In this document: one piece after another, positions 18,811 through 22,892 of the stretch
Position numbering within the stretch: the stretch's first letter is position 1
Layout of the letters: each line of letters begins with the position of its first letter
Translations under genes and position numbers: made by a program
Assembly (NCBI GenBank): GCA_013239625.1
Contig: MU053431.1
Span: 1,056,001 to 1,078,892, forward strand
Length of the DNA stretch: 22,892 nucleotides
Direction of reading: 5' to 3'
Origin: Lama guanicoe
Lineage: Eukaryota
The notes under the pieces: generated by a model
Database searches by the model: none
Told to the model about the DNA's origin: nothing
The model's input: only the letters and a program-made list of their open reading frames with translations

Positions 18811-21133
18811 AAGTCACCGCGCCATTCAGGGCTGGCAGCGGGACTCACCTCCTATGATTCCGATGCTCTGTTTCCTCCCTGGAACGTGTTTATGTGAATT
18901 TATGTGCCGGGTGTAAATATTCGGAGTGCGAATGAGTACACACAGCTGTATTTTCCACGTCTGTGTGGTACAGGGCGTATGATAAATCCTGAGACCCATA
19001 TGTCTGTAAAATCCTGCTCCTTGAAAGTGGGGGGTAGGAGACACGAGGATGCCAGAGGGGAGCCGCCGTCACAAGAGGAAGTGATCCACTTCAGACACTG
19101 TTTCTGTCGCACAAGAGAAGGATCGGGCCGAAGCTCTCACTCCCCGGCCGTGAGCACACGCGTTGGCTTTCCGCGAGCTGTCCCCCTGTCCCCTGGTCCC
19201 CACACGGCGGATCCTGGAAGCCAGTGGGCAGGCGGCCTGGGCAGTGGGCATACCTGCCCGCCGGCGGCAGCCGGAGGAACGTGCCAGCCCTGAGCTTTGT
19301 CATCATCCTGCAGGTGGGCTGGCAGCTCAGAACCTTACTTGTGACTTAGCTGCCAACGTAGCAAAACACATTCTTTATATGATGAAATCTCATCTTCAAA
19401 GCAAAAATTGAGAGGTGTTTGCCCGTGCACAGGGTGACTCTTTCTGTAGACCATTACAGGCCTGATGCTCTGAGCCGGGCCCTGTGCTGAGTAAATGAGC
19501 CTGGTTAAAGCCCTTTTTCTCGAGAAGCCTCTCTTGCCTGCAGCAGCGTCTCCCGCCTACGCGGGTGTGAGCAGTGCTGGCCTGGCTCTTGTGGTCAGGG
19601 AGAGAGACAGGAGGCCAGTTCCGCCCCACCAGATGGTCCAGACGGCAGCCAGAGTGGGGCAGGTTTAAGGTTCATCCTCAGTTCTCGGATTCCTCCCCGA
19701 GGAGGACTGACACCTCCTGTGTGGCAGGGATGCAGATACATTCCTTCCAGACGAGGTTCCCTCCCTCCGGACACAGAGCATCCTAGGAACCACCAAACTA
19801 ATGAAGGAACGAAACCACTGCCCGTGGAAGGATGCGGTCAGGAGTGCTGCCGCAGGGGGCGGGGGCTGCCTGGGAGGGGGGCTCGGAGGGCCCCCCATGG
19901 AGGCCCCCGGAACTGCCCAGTCAAGGGAGCAGCAGTCAGGGAGCCGGCGGCTCTGAGCCTCCTTGTCTTCAAAACTCACATCCGTGGCATAGGTCTGATT
20001 ACTGAGTGGGGCAGGGGGCATCTCGGACCCTTTTACGTAATGCACTTTACTGTCCCAAAAGTGGCTGTCACCATGGCCCCGAGCCGACTGCCGGCATGCC
20101 TTCAGCCTCGACCTCCCCGTGGGCTCTCCTGCTCTGCAGACCTCTCGTGGACACGGTCGTGCACCACGTGGCCTTTGGCCTCCGGCTTCTCTTTCATTGA
20201 GCACAATGTTTGCGGATCTGTTTTTTCCCCTAATGTTGTTCTTCAGAACCGTACATGTGTCCCCACTGACTTCAAAACCTGCGTCCACCTACTGACCCCC
20301 CAAAGCTGCTGCCTCCCAGGGGTGAAGTAGGCACGCTCTGGGGACTGCACGGGAAGTCTGTCCACCAAGCCGCTCCCACCCTGCCTGCTTCTCCGGTGTG
20401 CGGGACACGGCAGCTCCCCTGGGAACTGCGTTCATCCGTCCCGCTCACCTCCCTCAGGACACTTCTCCGTCCTGCCGCCCGTGGGGACTGCGGCTTGCTC
20501 CGTCACCTCGCTTCAGACTGGACCCAGCACATCCAGCGAGTTCTCACGATGGCCATTTCCACCCTTGGGCAGTGTGAGGCCATCCTCCGGATGCCCCTCC
20601 ACGGCCCTGACTTGGGACACCCAAGGACCCCCCACCTCGAGCCCCGGGATCCCAGCCCTCCCGGGGGAACACCCACATCGGAAGCCTTGAAAGTGCCCGG
20701 TGCGGGAACCTGCGTCATGTCAGGATGTACAGACGGCCATTTGACACCCCAGATGGCCGCGTTCTGGAAGAAAAGCTTTTCCTTCCAGATTCCTCTCCCT
20801 CCTTTTATCGGAGGAGACTTTGCAATTCTTGAAGGTTCCGATAAACACTGAAGGCAAAAATAAGACCCATCCTAGCACCATCAGAGGTGGGGGGGGTTTT
20901 TTTCCCAGTGAAAATAGACCAGTGGCATCTGCGCTGATAATTTTACAAGTTTTTCTGCCAAGAGAATAAGGGTCCTGCCAGCTTTTCCTAAAGGAATCAG
21001 AATGTCCGTGAAGCTCCTGGAGTTTTCCAAACTGTTTGTGAATCTGATGACAGCTGCTTTGCCTGCACACCCGTCTCCCCGTGAAGTGTCTGCCCGTCCC
21101 CACGTCCCTGCTCTGCTCAGGAGCCCTGGAGCC

Positions 21134-21464
21134 GGCTGTCGACTGAATGTGTGTCCCCCAAACCCATGTGTTGAACTGTGTGTGTCCCCAGGGTGATGTG
21201 TCAGGAGGTGGGGCCTTTGGGAGGTGATCAGATGGTGAGGGCGGAGCCCCATGAATCGGGTAGGTGCCCGTATAACAGAGGCCCCAGAGAGCTCTCTCAC
21301 CCGCCCGCATGTGAGGACACAGCGCGAAAGCGGCCGCCTGTGAACCAGGCACCGATTCCTTGGTTGTGGGCTCGGGCCTCCAGAGCTGTGAGAAATAAAT
21401 TTCGGTTGTTTATAAGCCCCCAGCCTGGGACGGTTTGTGACAGCACCCGGAGCAGACTAGGACT
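21134..21464 (+). mobile_element. ERVL-MaLR solo LTR, MLT1A0-like
   Basis: ctgaatgtgtgtcccccaaa, aggaggtggggcctttgggaggtgat, gaggccccagagagctc, catgtgaggacacagcg, gcctccagagctgtgagaaataaatttcggttgtttataagcc, ending agactaggac. Confidence 0.9.
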
Positions 21465-22858
21465 CGGAAGCAGAAGCCCGTGTGAGTGCACACGTGTGCA
21501 CACATCAACCGAAGGTGATTAGCTTGTTACAAACCTCCCTCGAGGCAGACCGAAGCCGCCTCTGGAAGCCCACCGACAAGGTGCCGCGCGGTCTTAGCGT
21601 CCAGCAGCACAGGCGCTCACCGGGCGGTGCCGTCCCCCGACAGCGGCCGTGAACGGACACCCCCCCGCCCCACTGCGTCCTGGCCGGGCCCGCCCCGTGT
21701 GACTGGCAAGGCTGCTGCTTGTCCAGCTCTCCCGGAGGCCAAGCAGCTCCTTTCCCGAGAGCCGCGGGGGCGCCCTTCCCTCCTCCTCCGGGCTCCTCTC
21801 CCTGTCTGGTTCCTGACACCAGATGTAACCCCCTGGACAGAACCAGACGGTGTCTTTTTTCCCTTCCTCCCCTTGTGGGTGTGATTTGTTAAAAACAGTT
21901 TCTTGCAGAACCCAGAATCTCCCGGGCGGGCGGGTACTTGTCAGCACCGGGAGGCAGCTGGGTGCCAGGAGGAATGAGGGTGCGTCCGCCTGACGGCAGG
22001 GGCGGTGAGCACCTCAGTCCACGTCCACGTCCGCGGCTGGGCCGAGAGGAGGCCCCTCGCCGACTCAGGCAGCCCTCGAGCCAGTGGGCTCGCTTGAAGT
22101 CTACCGAGCAGCCGGGGAGTTATTTTTAGGAGTAGTTTTAAGCACAAAGAACAACCCTATTTAAAAACAGACTTGACAGTGTGAAATAGGCGAGGACTTC
22201 CTTTCTGGCAAACAAACTCGCTTAAGATTCCTTAAATTCCCAAGTAAATGATTTGGAAATTTTTCCCCCTTAAAGCCTGATCAGAGGGACACCCTGACAG
22301 ACAGCGTTGATCTCAGGAGCACCTGATGAGGCAGCGTTTATTCTAAAAAGTGAAAACGTGGTCCTACAGTGGCCGTGTCTAGGGCATGACAATACTTTCC
22401 AGGGAGCGAGCTCAGCCCGCCTCGTGACCAAGGCAGGTGCGGGGGCTTCTGGTTTGGGTTGGACTTTTTTAGTATCCGGTCTCTTCCTACAAGGAAATTA
22501 ACTCCCGTTACTTAAAGGTTATCAGTTTAGTTCTTTAGTCTTGATGTTGCTAGTGTTCATTTAGGTAGCACTGAAGTTCTGCAGACCCAGGCCTGTACAA
22601 AACGCAGGGCCTGCCAGCCAAGACGGAGCTGCACCTCAGAAGCCGGGTCTGCAGCCTGGGGGCCAGTCCTCCCACCCGCTCCAGCCCTGGGAGCTTGGAG
22701 GCCCTTCGTAAACAGCACCATTGCTTTAACTCCAGGGGTTGACACACAGCCCGGAATATTCTTACCCAACAAGGGTGTCTCTCTACCAGCATCAGATTAA
22801 ACATCGCTGTGCAAATAGTCACCAAATCCAGTTAAACTGACCTGCTCTGGTCCTCGTC

Positions 22859-22892
22859 TCCCTCCCCTCCCCCTCCTCCCCATCCCCCTTCC
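22859..22892. repeat. C-rich low-complexity tract (G-quadruplex potential on minus strand)
   Basis: tccctcccctccccctcctccccatcccccttcc runs to the window edge. Confidence 0.7.

Noticed and set aside
3980..19865. CTCF-like words (about 3985, 14562, 19626, 19850)
   Set aside because: Each misses key consensus positions or spacing, and such partial matches are common at this GC content.
12100..20870. Isolated strong minus-strand acceptors near 12347, 12802 and 20849, and plus-strand acceptors near 5492, 11007 and 20246
   Set aside because: They lack well-placed consensus donors or lead to stops or unrecognisable peptides, so no coherent exon chain could be built.
1..22892. Numerous 60-220 aa ORFs in the six-frame track
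   Set aside because: They overlap on both strands, are rich in Pro/Gly/Arg/Ala, often use non-ATG starts, cross decayed repeats and resemble no protein I know. This is expected in GC-rich non-coding mammalian DNA.

Overview
This is mammalian nuclear DNA, GC- and CpG-rich, and it reads as intronic or intergenic. A tRNA-derived SINE at 15492-15632 that I recognise as Vic-1 type points to a camelid (alpaca/camel), and the style of the L1 3' end fits an artiodactyl. I can support no protein-coding gene. The many short six-frame ORFs are what GC-rich non-coding DNA produces, and the only recognisable peptides are decayed L1 ORF1/ORF2 remnants. The interpretable content is interspersed repeats (L2, MIR, L1ME, an L1M ORF1 fragment, an L1 3' end with target-site duplication (TSD), MER5A, MLT1D, MLT1A0, Vic-1), simple repeats, a 44-bp-period minisatellite, a promoter-like block at about 3.8-4.45 kb with splice donors on both strands, and several AT-rich motif clusters that look like enhancers. 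The clearest window-wide signal is a directional AT-to-GC drift in the repeat copies, consistent with GC-biased gene conversion. Repeat family names come from consensus sequences recalled from memory, not from a database search, and repeat boundaries are approximate. I found no convincing novel biological system; the findings are hypotheses.
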